From Intestinibacillus massiliensis (GTDB taxonomy: Bacteria > Bacillota > Clostridia > Oscillospirales > Butyricicoccaceae), in assembly GCF_900155735.1 (NCBI RefSeq), contig NZ_LT707059.1:466171-530170 (forward strand): a stretch of DNA of 64,000 bases, given 5' to 3'. Within the stretch, counting starts at the first letter, position 1. Every line of letters starts with the position of its first letter. The notes under the pieces were generated by a model, which did not search any database, was not told the origin of the DNA, and saw only the letters and a list, made by a program, of their open reading frames with translations. The translations under genes and the position numbers were made by a program. Shown here one piece after another: positions 9,476 through 19,289 of this stretch.

Positions 9476-9504
9476 ATTATACAGAAAACTGCCGGGAGGT
9501 GCAA
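9476..9504 (-). promoter_or_regulatory. Sigma70-type promoter for the polyamine operon (minus strand)
   Basis: Minus-strand TTGCAC, 17-nt spacer, TGnTATAAT extended -10, about 45 nt upstream of the start at 9430. Confidence 0.5.
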
Positions 9505-9656
9505 GCGCAAAGCGTTCCGGCAAAAAAACCATTTTTAACGCACGCCGGTCAGGGATATCTGTCAGATAGTCTATCCGCAGACCCGCCATGGCATGCATGG
9601 CAACGGCGCGCTGCATGGGAACTCATGAATGAACTGTTAAATTTTTAGAAGGGCTC

Positions 9657-9685
9657 TTGCAATTTACGGAAGGAGGTATTAATAT
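9657..9685 (+). promoter_or_regulatory. Sigma70-type promoter for htpG
   Basis: TTGCAA, 17 nt, TAATAT. Confidence 0.5.
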
Positions 9686-9692
9686 AGTAGCG

Positions 9693-9719
9693 TTGGCACT
9701 CCTATAGACTGAGTGCTAA
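9693..9719 (+). promoter_or_regulatory. CIRCE-like inverted repeat (HrcA operator) in htpG leader
   Basis: TTGGCACTC-N9-GAGTGCTAA, one mismatch from the CIRCE consensus TTAGCACTC-N9-GAGTGCTAA. Starts 8 nt after the -10. Confidence 0.65.
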
Positions 9720-9755
9720 ATCCATTTTAAAACTTACATCAAGAGGTGTTTTGCG

Positions 9756-11657
9756 ATGGCAAAGAAACAATTCAAGGCGGAATCCAAGCGGCTGCTGGAT
9801 TTAATGATCAATTCGATCTACACGCACAAGGAGATTTTCCTGCGCGAGCTGATTTCCAATGCGTCCGACGCGACGGACAAGCTGTATTACAATGCGATGC
9901 AGAACGGGGAAACCGGCTTTAACCGCGACGACCTGGCGATTGTGCTGACCATCGACAAGGAAAACCGGAGGCTGACCCTTTCCGACAAAGGCTGCGGCAT
10001 GACGCGCGACGAGCTGGAAAGCAACCTCGGTACGATTGCACGCAGCGGCTCGCTGGCGTTTAAGCAGGGGGTCGAGAGCACGGCGGACGTCGATATCATC
10101 GGCCAGTTCGGCGTCGGCTTCTATGCCGCATTTATGGTTGCAAGCACGGTGGAGGTGCTGAGCCGCGCGGAGGGCAGTGACGAGGCGTTCCTCTGGAAGT
10201 CCAACGGCGCGGACGGGTACACGGTTGAGCCTGCGGCCCGTGCGGAGCGCGGCACGGACATTATCCTGACGATCAAGGAAAACACGGAAACGGAGAATTA
10301 CGACGAATACCTGGAGCAGTACCGTATCCAGGGGATCGTCAAGAAGTATTCCGACTATATCCGCTACCCGATCCGCATGGAGATGACCAAGAGCCGCGTC
10401 AAGGAGGGCACTGGCACCGAAGACACGCCCGCCGAATACGAGGACTACCAGGAGCTTGAAACGCTCAACTCCATGATCCCGATTTGGAAAAAGGCGAAAA
10501 ATGAACTGACGGACGACGATTACAACCACTTCTATAAGACGAAGTTCTTCGATTACGAAGACCCGCTCTGCCATATCCATACGAGCACCGAGGGCGCGGC
10601 GACCTACAACGCCCTGCTGTTTGTCCCTGCGCGTGCGCCGTTCGATTACTATACCAAGGATTTTGAAAAGGGGTTGCAGCTCTATTCCAACGGCGTTTTA
10701 ATCATGGATAAATGCGCCGACCTGCTGCCCGACCATTTCAGCTTCGTCCGTGGCCTTGTGGATAGCGCCGACCTTTCCCTCAATATCTCCCGGGAAATGC
10801 TGCAGCACGACCGCCGCCTCAAGGTAATTGCGGGCAGCCTGGAAAAGAAGATCAAGTCGGAGCTGCAGAACCTGCTGAAAAACCGCCGCGAGGATTATGA
10901 AGCGTTCTTTAAGTCCTTTGGCCGCCAGCTTAAATACGGCGCGTATGTCGATTACGGCGCGCACAAGGAGCTGCTGATGGACCTGCTGCTCTACCATTCC
11001 TCCACGGAAAACAAGCTGGTCACGCTCGAGGAATATGTTTCCCGCATGAAGGAAGGGCAGAAGCATATTTATTATGCGACGGGCGAAACCGTCGCCAAGA
11101 TCGAACTGCTGCCGCAGCTTGAAATGCTCCGCGACAAGGGCTACGAGGTGCTGTGCCTGACCGAGGACATCGACGAGTTCTGCATCAAAATGATGCACGG
11201 CTACAAGGATATGGACTTCAAGTCGATCGCAGACAACGACCTTGACCTCGAAACCGACGAGGAAAAGGAGCAAATTAAAAAGCTGTCCGAAGAAAACCAG
11301 CCGGTGCTGGATGCGGTCAAGGAGGCGCTCGGCGACAAGGTCTCCAAGGTGCAGCTTACCGGCCGCCTGAAAAGCCATCCGTGCTGCCTGACGACTAAGG
11401 GCGGCGTTTCACTCGAGATGGAAAAGGTACTGGCGGCGCAGAACGGCGAAAGCAGCCCCGTCCACGCGGAGCGCGTCCTGGAACTCAACGCAGGCCATGC
11501 GATCTTTGAAAAGGTCAAGGCGCTCCAGGCCGCGGGCGAGGGCGAAAAGCTAAAGGCCTTTGCGGACGTCCTGTATACGCAGGCGCTCCTGATCGAAGGC
11601 ATGCCGATCGACGACCCGGTTGCATACGCCAACGAGGTGTGCAGCCTGCTGGTATAA
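9756..11657 (+). CDS. htpG: Molecular chaperone HtpG (Hsp90)
   Basis: 633 aa: MAKKQFKAESKRLLDLMINSIYTHKEIFLRELISNASDA, GHKL ATPase motifs. Confidence 0.95.
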   Translation: MAKKQFKAESKRLLDLMINSIYTHKEIFLRELISNASDATDKLYYNAMQNGETGFNRDDLAIVLTIDKENRRLTLSDKGCGMTRDELESNLGTIARSGSLAFKQGVESTADVDIIGQFGVGFYAAFMVASTVEVLSRAEGSDEAFLWKSNGADGYTVEPAARAERGTDIILTIKENTETENYDEYLEQYRIQGIVKKYSDYIRYPIRMEMTKSRVKEGTGTEDTPAEYEDYQELETLNSMIPIWKKAKNELTDDDYNHFYKTKFFDYEDPLCHIHTSTEGAATYNALLFVPARAPFDYYTKDFEKGLQLYSNGVLIMDKCADLLPDHFSFVRGLVDSADLSLNISREMLQHDRRLKVIAGSLEKKIKSELQNLLKNRREDYEAFFKSFGRQLKYGAYVDYGAHKELLMDLLLYHSSTENKLVTLEEYVSRMKEGQKHIYYATGETVAKIELLPQLEMLRDKGYEVLCLTEDIDEFCIKMMHGYKDMDFKSIADNDLDLETDEEKEQIKKLSEENQPVLDAVKEALGDKVSKVQLTGRLKSHPCCLTTKGGVSLEMEKVLAAQNGESSPVHAERVLELNAGHAIFEKVKALQAAGEGEKLKAFADVLYTQALLIEGMPIDDPVAYANEVCSLLV

Positions 11658-11705
11658 GCATCACCCCGGATATTTTTCCGGCCCGACGCAAGGGGGAGGC
11701 GTGCC

Positions 11706-12602
11706 GTGGATAAACTATTATGGATTGTTAACCCACATTCCGGCAGCGGGGCGATCCGCGAGGACATGATGGACTGTATTGATATCTTTTGCAAGGCGGG
11801 CTATGAGCCCACGGTCTATCTGACGCAGGGGCCGCAGGACGCTTGCCGGATCGCGCGAGAGGAGTCGCACCGCTTCGACCGCATCGTATGCTGCGGCGGC
11901 GACGGTACGCTCGACGAGGTGGTAAACGGGCTGATGGCCTGTGAAAACCCGCCGCCGCTCGGATACATCCCAGGCGGCACCACAAACGACATGGCGAACA
12001 GCCTGGGCATCCCGAAATATCCGGAAGACGCGGCGAAGATTGCGGCGCACGGCAGGCCGTTCCCTATGGATGTAGGGCGCTTTAACGACCGCTACTTCAC
12101 CTATATTGCAGCGTTCGGTGCGTTTACCGGCGTTTCCTATTCCACGCCGCAGCCGTACAAAAGCCTGTTTGGGCATGCGGCATATGTGCTGGAAGGCATC
12201 CGCACGCTGCCGACGATCAAGGCGTACCCGATTGAAGTGGAAGCGAAACAGGCTGGGATTTCCCTGGCGGGGGATTTTATTTACGGCATGGTGACAAATA
12301 CTACTTCGGTAGGCGGCATCATCGGCGTCGCGCCGGAGGATGTCGAGATGGACGACGGCCTGTTTGAAGTGCTGCTCGTGCGCCAGCCGGAAAACCCCAT
12401 GCAGCTCCAGGGCATCATCAGCATGCTGCTGGCGCAGGATATGCGCTCGGAACTCATCGTGCACTTTAAAGCGGACCGCGTGTGCTTTAAGGCACAAGGC
12501 GAAATGCCGTGGACGCTGGATGGCGAGTACGGGGGCGCCCCGCAGCAGGTGGAGATTGAAAACTGTAAACGCGCGTTGACACTTTTGGTGGAAGACGTAT
12601 AA
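11706..12602 (+). CDS. Diacylglycerol kinase family lipid kinase (YegS/DagK-like)
   Basis: GTG start with GGGGGAGG RBS. CCGGDGTLDEV and GGTTND motifs. Confidence 0.85.
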   Translation: MDKLLWIVNPHSGSGAIREDMMDCIDIFCKAGYEPTVYLTQGPQDACRIAREESHRFDRIVCCGGDGTLDEVVNGLMACENPPPLGYIPGGTTNDMANSLGIPKYPEDAAKIAAHGRPFPMDVGRFNDRYFTYIAAFGAFTGVSYSTPQPYKSLFGHAAYVLEGIRTLPTIKAYPIEVEAKQAGISLAGDFIYGMVTNTTSVGGIIGVAPEDVEMDDGLFEVLLVRQPENPMQLQGIISMLLAQDMRSELIVHFKADRVCFKAQGEMPWTLDGEYGGAPQQVEIENCKRALTLLVEDV

Positions 12603-12663
12603 GGCACAGCCGCCGGGCGCTTTAGCCTCGGCGGCTTGCTGCCTTTTATAAGGAGGATTGCAT

Positions 12664-14397
12664 TTGAAGAAAATATTAAGCTGTTTAAAGCCATATCGCA
12701 GGGCGGCCATCCTGGCGGTCTGCTTTATGGTGCTGGACGTGTTGGCCGAAGTGATCCAGCCGACCCTGATGGCCGATATTATCGGGCAGGGCATCCAGAG
12801 CGGGGACGTGGGCTATATTGTCCGCACCGGGCTGTTAATGATCCTGGTAGCGGCCATCGGCCTGCTGTCCGGGTTTGGAAACGCGAAATACTCCGCCAAA
12901 GCGGGCGTGGGCTTTGCAGCGAACCTGCGCGACAGGCTGTTCCGCAAGGTGCAGACCTTTTCCTTCCGCAATATCGACTCCTTTTCTACCGCATCGCTCA
13001 GCATCCGTTTGACGAACGACGTGACGCAGATGCAGAACCTTGCCACGATGGGGATGCGCATGATGATCCGCGCGCCCCTCATGCTGCCGTTCGCACTGGT
13101 GATGGCGATCCGCATCAACAGCAGCTTGGCGCTGATCCTCGGCGTATCGGTGCCGGTGCTGCTGGTACTGCTCACCCTGCTCGTGCGCCGCGCGATGCCG
13201 ATGTTTGAAAAAATGCAGCGTTCGGTAGACCGGCTAAACCGGACGGTGCAGGAAAACGTGACGAACATGCGCGTGGTAAAATCGTTTGTGCGGGAAGAGC
13301 ATGAAAAGCGCAAGTTTGCAGAGGCCAGCGACGGGCAGATGAACACTGCGATGCGCGCGATGTACGCGGTCATCGTCAACATGCCGCTGATGATGCTGGT
13401 CATGAACTGCACGATTGTCGCGGTCGTATTCTTTGGCGGCCGCCAGATCATCGGCAATACGCTGACAGTCGCCGAAATGACCAAGTTCATCAACTATATC
13501 ATGCAAATCCTGATGTCGCTGATGATGCTGGCCATGATGTTCATTTTGCTCACCCGCGCAAGCGCGTCTTACCGCCGTATCCGCGAGGTGCTGGATACGG
13601 AATCGGATATGCAGGATGCGGAGGGCGCGCGGAAGGCGCAAGGCCTGCGCGGCCGCGTCGAATTCCGGGACGTTTCCTTCCACTACCATGCGGAGGACGA
13701 CGGCGACCCGGTGCTGTCGCATGTCAGCTTTACGGCGGAGCCCGGTGAAGTCGTGGCCATCATTGGCGGCACCGGCGCGGGCAAAAGCTCTATGGTACAG
13801 CTCATCCCGCGCCTGTATGACGTCACGCAAGGCGCGGTGCTGCTGGACGGGGTAGACGTGCGCGAATATCATCTGGCGTCCCTACACGACGAGGTAGCCA
13901 TGGTGCTTCAGAAAAACACGCTGTTTTCCGGCACCATCCGCGATAACCTGCGGTGGGGCAACCAGGACGCGACGGACGAGCAGATTTATGCCGCCGCGAA
14001 GGCCGCACAGGCGCACGATTTTATCATGTCGTTCCCCAAGGGGTACGACACCTGGATCGAACAGGGCGGCGTAAATGTCTCGGGCGGGCAAAAACAGCGC
14101 CTTTGCATCGCACGCGCGCTGCTTAAGGCGCCCAAGGTGCTGATCCTGGACGACTCCACGAGCGCGGTCGACACCGCGACGGAACAGCGCCTGCGGGAGT
14201 CCTTCCGGAATGAGCTTGCGGGGACGACCATCTTCCTGATCGCGCAGCGCATCAGTTCGGTGCAGGATGCGGATAAGATCGTTGTCATGGACGACGGGAG
14301 CATTGTCGGCATTGGCCGGCACGATGAGCTGCTGGCCTCCTGTGAAGCTTACCAGGAGATTTATGCGTCGCAGCAGGGAGAGGAGGCGAGCGCCTGA
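12664..14397 (+). CDS. ABC transporter ATP-binding/permease fusion (exporter half 1)
   Basis: 6-TM domain plus NBD (GGTGAGKSS, LSGGQKQR, ILDDSTSAVD). Start TTG at 12664 with AGGAGG RBS 7 nt upstream. Confidence 0.9.
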   Translation: MKKILSCLKPYRRAAILAVCFMVLDVLAEVIQPTLMADIIGQGIQSGDVGYIVRTGLLMILVAAIGLLSGFGNAKYSAKAGVGFAANLRDRLFRKVQTFSFRNIDSFSTASLSIRLTNDVTQMQNLATMGMRMMIRAPLMLPFALVMAIRINSSLALILGVSVPVLLVLLTLLVRRAMPMFEKMQRSVDRLNRTVQENVTNMRVVKSFVREEHEKRKFAEASDGQMNTAMRAMYAVIVNMPLMMLVMNCTIVAVVFFGGRQIIGNTLTVAEMTKFINYIMQILMSLMMLAMMFILLTRASASYRRIREVLDTESDMQDAEGARKAQGLRGRVEFRDVSFHYHAEDDGDPVLSHVSFTAEPGEVVAIIGGTGAGKSSMVQLIPRLYDVTQGAVLLDGVDVREYHLASLHDEVAMVLQKNTLFSGTIRDNLRWGNQDATDEQIYAAAKAAQAHDFIMSFPKGYDTWIEQGGVNVSGGQKQRLCIARALLKAPKVLILDDSTSAVDTATEQRLRESFRNELAGTTIFLIAQRISSVQDADKIVVMDDGSIVGIGRHDELLASCEAYQEIYASQQGEEASA

Positions 14398-16244
14398 TGC
14401 CGGGACCGGGTCACAGAAAGGGCGTCCGTATCGAGAAGCCCAAGAATACAAAAAAGACATTAAAATCGCTTTGGGGATATTTATCCCGTTACAAACTGCT
14501 GCTCGTCATAGCTTTTGCCATGGTACTGCTCAATATCGGCGCTTCGCTAGCAGCAACCAGCTATTTGCAGCCGATTATCGATAATTTCCTGCAACCGGTA
14601 AACGGGGATCCGACTGTGGCCGCGCGCCTGGCCGGGCTGACGCACGGTGCGGCCGTGCTGTTTTCCATTTTCCTGGTTTCCTGTGCGGCGGCCTATTTCC
14701 AGTCGCGCCTGATGGTGCATATCGCGCAGCACACGATCAACGACGTGCGCCAGGACCTTTTCTGCCATTTGCAGACGCTGTCCATCCGGTATTTTGATAC
14801 CCGGACGCACGGCGAGGTGATGAGCCGGTTCACAAATGACGTGGATACGCTGAACGACGCGCTGCAAAACGGCCTGACAACGCTGTTTTCCAGCGTTATC
14901 ACGCTGGCGGGCATTCTCGGCCTGATGCTTTACCGCAGCATCCCGCTGACGGTTTTGACGCTGCTTTTCACACCTATCCTGCTGTTTGCCGTGACACGCC
15001 TGATGAAGGCCAGCAGCAAATATTTTGCGGCACAGCAGAAAAACCTTGGCGACGTAAACGGCTATATCGAGGAAATGATGACCGGGCAGAAGGTCGTCAA
15101 GGTGTTTGGCTACGAGGACCGCGCGGTAGAGCGCTTCGACAACCTCAACGAGACGCTGCGCAGTTCTGCGGCTTCCGCGCAGGCATATGCGGGCATGATG
15201 ATGCCGCTCAGCAAAAATATCAACAGCATCAATTTTGCGCTGATCGCCATGGTTGGCGGTGTGCTTGCCGTGTTCGGGTACCTGAGCGTCGGCGGGCTGG
15301 TGGTATTCTTACAGCTCGTGCAACAGTTTAACCGTCCTATTACCGAAGCGTCCAACCAATATAACGCCGTGGTCACGGCAATGGCTGGCGCAGAACGTAT
15401 TTTTGAGGTCATTGCGGAGTCGCCCGAGCAGGCGGCGGATACGCCGGACTACACGCTGGAGCGTGCGGAAGGGCAGTGGTACTGGAAGGGGAAGGCGGAC
15501 AACGTCCCTGTGCGCGGCGACGTGCGGTTCCACGACGTCACCTTCGGGTATGCGCCGGATAAAACCGTGCTCAAAAACGTATCGCTTTATGCAAAGCCCG
15601 GGCAAAAGATTGCCTTCGTCGGTTCGACCGGCGCGGGCAAGACCACCGTCATGAACCTGCTGACGCGGTTCTACGACATCGGCCAGGGCAGCATCACGAT
15701 CGACGGGATTGATATCAAGCATATCGCCCGCGACAGCCTGCGCAGGGCGATGTCGGTCGTGCTGCAGGATACGCACCTGTTTACCGGCACCGTGATGGAG
15801 AACATCCGTTACGGCCGCCCGGACGCCACGGATGACGAGGTCATCGCGGCGGCCAAAACGGCCAGCGCGCATTCCTTTATCATGCGCTTGCCCCAGGGCT
15901 ATCAGACCGTGATTGAGGGCGACGGCGCAAACCTGTCGCAGGGGCAGCGGCAGCTGCTCAACATTGCGCGCGCGACCGTGGCGGATACGCCGATCCTGGT
16001 GCTCGATGAAGCGACCAGCTCGGTCGATACCAGGACGGAGCGCCATATCGAGCACGGGCTTGACCGCCTGATGCGAGACCGCACCACCTTTATCATCGCG
16101 CACCGCCTGTCCACTGTCCGCGGCTCGAACGCCATTATGGTCATGGAACAGGGGCAGATCGAGGAGCGCGGCACGCACGAGGAGTTGCTCGCGCAGCATG
16201 GCCGGTACTACCAGCTCTATACAGGCGCGCTCGAACTGGATTAA
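14397..16244 (+). CDS. ABC transporter ATP-binding/permease fusion (exporter half 2)
   Basis: 615 aa, start overlaps the upstream stop (ATG/TGA). NBD motifs GSTGAGKTT, LSQGQRQL, LVLDEATSSVD. Confidence 0.9.
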   Translation: MPGPGHRKGVRIEKPKNTKKTLKSLWGYLSRYKLLLVIAFAMVLLNIGASLAATSYLQPIIDNFLQPVNGDPTVAARLAGLTHGAAVLFSIFLVSCAAAYFQSRLMVHIAQHTINDVRQDLFCHLQTLSIRYFDTRTHGEVMSRFTNDVDTLNDALQNGLTTLFSSVITLAGILGLMLYRSIPLTVLTLLFTPILLFAVTRLMKASSKYFAAQQKNLGDVNGYIEEMMTGQKVVKVFGYEDRAVERFDNLNETLRSSAASAQAYAGMMMPLSKNINSINFALIAMVGGVLAVFGYLSVGGLVVFLQLVQQFNRPITEASNQYNAVVTAMAGAERIFEVIAESPEQAADTPDYTLERAEGQWYWKGKADNVPVRGDVRFHDVTFGYAPDKTVLKNVSLYAKPGQKIAFVGSTGAGKTTVMNLLTRFYDIGQGSITIDGIDIKHIARDSLRRAMSVVLQDTHLFTGTVMENIRYGRPDATDDEVIAAAKTASAHSFIMRLPQGYQTVIEGDGANLSQGQRQLLNIARATVADTPILVLDEATSSVDTRTERHIEHGLDRLMRDRTTFIIAHRLSTVRGSNAIMVMEQGQIEERGTHEELLAQHGRYYQLYTGALELD

Positions 16245-16271
16245 TTGCCCAAAAATTAAATAAGTAAATAG

Positions 16272-16313
16272 AAAAAGAGGATGACCGTTTGCAAAATCGG
16301 TCATCCTCTTTTT
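16272..16313. terminator. Bidirectional intrinsic terminator
   Basis: AAAAAGAGGATGACCG-tttgcaaaat-CGGTCATCCTCTTTTT. Confidence 0.7.
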
Positions 16314-16329
16314 GGCTGCAGGCCTTAGC

Positions 16330-16491
16330 TTACTTGCGCTTGAAGGACATGCAGTCGGTGCACTGGTCTACCGTCGGGTTCGCTTCATGCGTACCAACAG
16401 TGATGCAGTCCAGTGCGCAGTAGTCGTCACAGTTGCAGTGGTTTGCACACTGCTGCACCGTACAACGGATGCTCTTATTTGCCTTATCCAT
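16330..16491 (-). CDS. DUF1540 domain small Cys-rich protein
   Basis: Minus-strand 53 aa: MDKANKSIRCTVQQCANHCNCDDYCALDCITVGTHEANPTVDQCTDCMSFKRK. AAGGAGG RBS. Confidence 0.6.
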   Translation of the reverse strand: MDKANKSIRCTVQQCANHCNCDDYCALDCITVGTHEANPTVDQCTDCMSFKRK

Positions 16492-16683
16492 TTTAAAGAC
16501 CTCCTTTGTGGTTTTACAAAGCTAGTATGCCTTTGTTACGGCAAAGTATACAGGCAGAAATTCAAAAAAATTTGAGCGGGATTGGACAAAGTGTGTTACA
16601 ATAGAACTGTAAATTTGCACTTCGTTTGTAATATTTGCATAAAAGCGTATCGTACGCAGGGAATATTGGAAGGAGGCGGCTGA

Positions 16684-18456
16684 TTGGCAAGGCAAGAGAT
16701 TTTGGAATACCTGCAGGGCGCATCGACGACGGGATATGAAGTGTTCGGCGCGCATTTTACGCACGAGTATGGGCAGGACGGCGTCCGGTTTACCGTCTAT
16801 GCGCCGGCTGCCGCCGGCATGCAGCTCATTGGGGAGTGCAACGACTGGCAGGGCTGGCGGATGGAGCGTACCCCGGAGGGCGTCTGGAGTATATTTGTAC
16901 GCGATATCCCGGAAGGGATGAAATATAAATACCGCGTCACGACTTCGGCGGGCGAGGTGTATGACCGCGCCGACCCTTTTGCGTTTTATAGCGAAGTGCG
17001 GCCGGATACCGCGTCGGTCGTTTACGACGTCACGCGGTATGAGTGGCACGATGGGGCATTCCTGGCAGCGCGTGACAAAAACTTCAGCCGTCCGCTCAAT
17101 ATTTATGAAATGCATGCAGGCTCATGGAAGCGGCCGGACGGGCAGGGCATGCCGTCCTATACCGCGCTGGCAGACAGCCTGATCCCTTATCTGAAAGCGG
17201 GCGGCTATACCCATGTGGAGCTGCTGCCGCTGACAGAGCACCCCTTTGACGGTTCCTGGGGGTACCAGTGCACGGGCTATTTTGCCGCGACCAGCCGGTA
17301 TGGCGGGTCGCGGGAGCTGATGCAGTTTGTCGACCGCTGCCATCAGGCCGGGATCGGCGTGATTTTGGATTTTGTCCCGCTGCACTTTGTAACGGATTTT
17401 TACGCACTGCATCAATTTGACGGCAGCTTCCTATATGAGAGCGAGGATGAGGCGCGCCGGTTTTCCGAATGGGGGACGGCGTTATTCGACTATACAAAGC
17501 CGCATGTGCTCAGCTTCATGAAATCCGCCCTGGATTTCTGGATGGCCTATTACCACATTGACGGCGTCCGGTATGACGCGGTATCCTGCCTGATTTACCA
17601 TGGCGGCCGGCCGGAAAACGGCGTGAATGAAGCGGGCGTCTGGTTCCTCAAAAACGCAAATTACGCCCTTGGGCAGAAATGGCCGGACGTCATGCTGATT
17701 GCGGAAGATTCCTCCATGTACCTGAAGGTGACTGCGCCGGTGCCTTATGGCGGGCTGGGCTTCGACTATAAATGGGATCTCGGCTTCATGAACGATACGT
17801 TCCGCTACTTGGCGGGCAGCAATCGGCGGCAGGAGCGGATTTCCGCGTCTACGGAGTATTTCTATCAGGAGAAGTACATCCTGCCGTTTTCCCATGACGA
17901 GGTCGTGCACTGTAAAAATACGATTGTGAATAAGCTGCCCGGCACGCTGGAACAAAGGCTCGCGCAGGCGCGCGCCCTGTACCTGTATTTTTTCACGCAT
18001 CCCGGGAAGAAGCTGAACTTCATGGGCAACGAGTTTGCGGCGGTCCGCGAGTGGGACGAGGCGCGCCAGCTTGATTGGGATTTGCTGGATAACCTGGGGC
18101 ACGCGCAGTTTAACCGGTTCTTCTGTGCTGTCAGCAGGTGGTACGGCACGGAACCCGCGCTATACGAAACCGACCTGCATCCGGAGGGGTTCTGCTGGCT
18201 GCATACGGACGGCGGCGTCTTCGTCTATGAACGCCGGAGCCTGCAGGGGGAGCCGGTCGTGGTCGCGCTGAATTTCAGCGGGCAGCCTTGCCTGCACCTC
18301 TCCGTCAGGGTGCGTGACGGCCTGTGGCGGGAAGCCCTGTCCACAGAGGATAAGGCGTTCGGCGGGGCTGGCCTGACGAACGGGGAAAAGCAGGTGGCAG
18401 GGGGCTGTTTGACGCTCCGTTTGCCCGGATACGGCGGGTGCGCGTTCAAACGGTGA
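16684..18456 (+). CDS. glgB: 1,4-alpha-glucan branching enzyme
   Basis: 590 aa, CBM48 plus GH13 catalytic domain. TTG start after GGAAGGAGG. Confidence 0.9.
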   Translation: MARQEILEYLQGASTTGYEVFGAHFTHEYGQDGVRFTVYAPAAAGMQLIGECNDWQGWRMERTPEGVWSIFVRDIPEGMKYKYRVTTSAGEVYDRADPFAFYSEVRPDTASVVYDVTRYEWHDGAFLAARDKNFSRPLNIYEMHAGSWKRPDGQGMPSYTALADSLIPYLKAGGYTHVELLPLTEHPFDGSWGYQCTGYFAATSRYGGSRELMQFVDRCHQAGIGVILDFVPLHFVTDFYALHQFDGSFLYESEDEARRFSEWGTALFDYTKPHVLSFMKSALDFWMAYYHIDGVRYDAVSCLIYHGGRPENGVNEAGVWFLKNANYALGQKWPDVMLIAEDSSMYLKVTAPVPYGGLGFDYKWDLGFMNDTFRYLAGSNRRQERISASTEYFYQEKYILPFSHDEVVHCKNTIVNKLPGTLEQRLAQARALYLYFFTHPGKKLNFMGNEFAAVREWDEARQLDWDLLDNLGHAQFNRFFCAVSRWYGTEPALYETDLHPEGFCWLHTDGGVFVYERRSLQGEPVVVALNFSGQPCLHLSVRVRDGLWREALSTEDKAFGGAGLTNGEKQVAGGCLTLRLPGYGGCAFKR

Positions 18457-18485
18457 TTTATTTTCGAAAAGTTGGTAAAATGTGC

Positions 18486-18514
18486 TTGACAAATGGGGAG
18501 CGGAAAGGTATTAT
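18486..18514 (+). promoter_or_regulatory. Sigma70 promoter of rubrerythrin gene
   Basis: TTGACA, 17 nt, TATTAT(AAT), followed by inverted repeat ATAAT-N7-ATTAT (18514-18530). Confidence 0.55.
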
Positions 18515-18573
18515 AATAACAAGAATTATTCCTGAATTTATCCGAAATCTTAAATGTGAAGGGAGTCTTTATC

Positions 18574-19113
18574 ATGGCAGAATTAAAGGGTAGCAAGACG
18601 GAAGCCAATTTGCTGGCAGCATTTGCAGGTGAATCCCAGGCACGCAATAAGTATACGTATTACGCAAGCAAGGCACGCAAGGACGGCTTTGTACAGATTG
18701 CAAATATTTTTGAAGAGACCGCCGCAAACGAAAAGGAACACGCGGAAATCTGGTTCAAGCTGCTGCACGACGGCATGCCCGATACCAAGGCCAACCTGCT
18801 TGACGCGGCAGAGGGCGAAAATTACGAGTGGACCGATATGTACGCCACCTTTGCGAAGGAAGCGGAGGCAGAGGGCTTCGACCATATCGCTTTCCTGTTC
18901 TCTGAGGTCGCCAAGATCGAGAAGGAGCACGAGGAGCGCTACCGCAAGCTGCTCGCCAACGTAGAGGGCGGCCTGGTATTCTCCCGTGACGGCGAGATGA
19001 TCTGGCAGTGCTCCAACTGTGGCCATATCCATGTCGGCAAGCAGGCGCCGCAGGTTTGCCCGGTTTGCGCGCATCCGCAGTCCTACTTCCAGCTCCGCGC
19101 GCAGAACTATTGA
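18574..19113 (+). CDS. rbr: Rubrerythrin
   Basis: [27 protein letters not shown] ferritin-like diiron domain plus C-terminal rubredoxin-like CxxC...CxxC (CSNCGH...CPVCAH). Confidence 0.9.
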   Translation: MAELKGSKTEANLLAAFAGESQARNKYTYYASKARKDGFVQIANIFEETAANEKEHAEIWFKLLHDGMPDTKANLLDAAEGENYEWTDMYATFAKEAEAEGFDHIAFLFSEVAKIEKEHEERYRKLLANVEGGLVFSRDGEMIWQCSNCGHIHVGKQAPQVCPVCAHPQSYFQLRAQNY

Positions 19114-19227
19114 TTTTTTCCGAGCCTAAGGATTTCCCCGCGGGTGAGGTTTACAACGTATTTGCAAATCTGATATCAAAGGCTGTGCCTGCGAGGGAAG
19201 ACGACTAAATCCTGAAAGAAACGGTTA

Positions 19228-19272
19228 AAATGCGTCTTGTACCCTAATGGGTGCAGGACGCATTTTCTTTTG
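19228..19272 (+). terminator. Intrinsic terminator after rubrerythrin
   Basis: AAATGCGTC...GACGCATTT imperfect long hairpin followed by TCTTTTG. Confidence 0.5.
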
Positions 19273-19289
19273 TGGAGGAACGGTTATCG

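Noticed and set aside
12658-12663. Upstream TTG start for the first ABC exporter gene
   Set aside because: It is only 1 nt from the AGGAGG box. The TTG at 12664 has proper 7-nt spacing.
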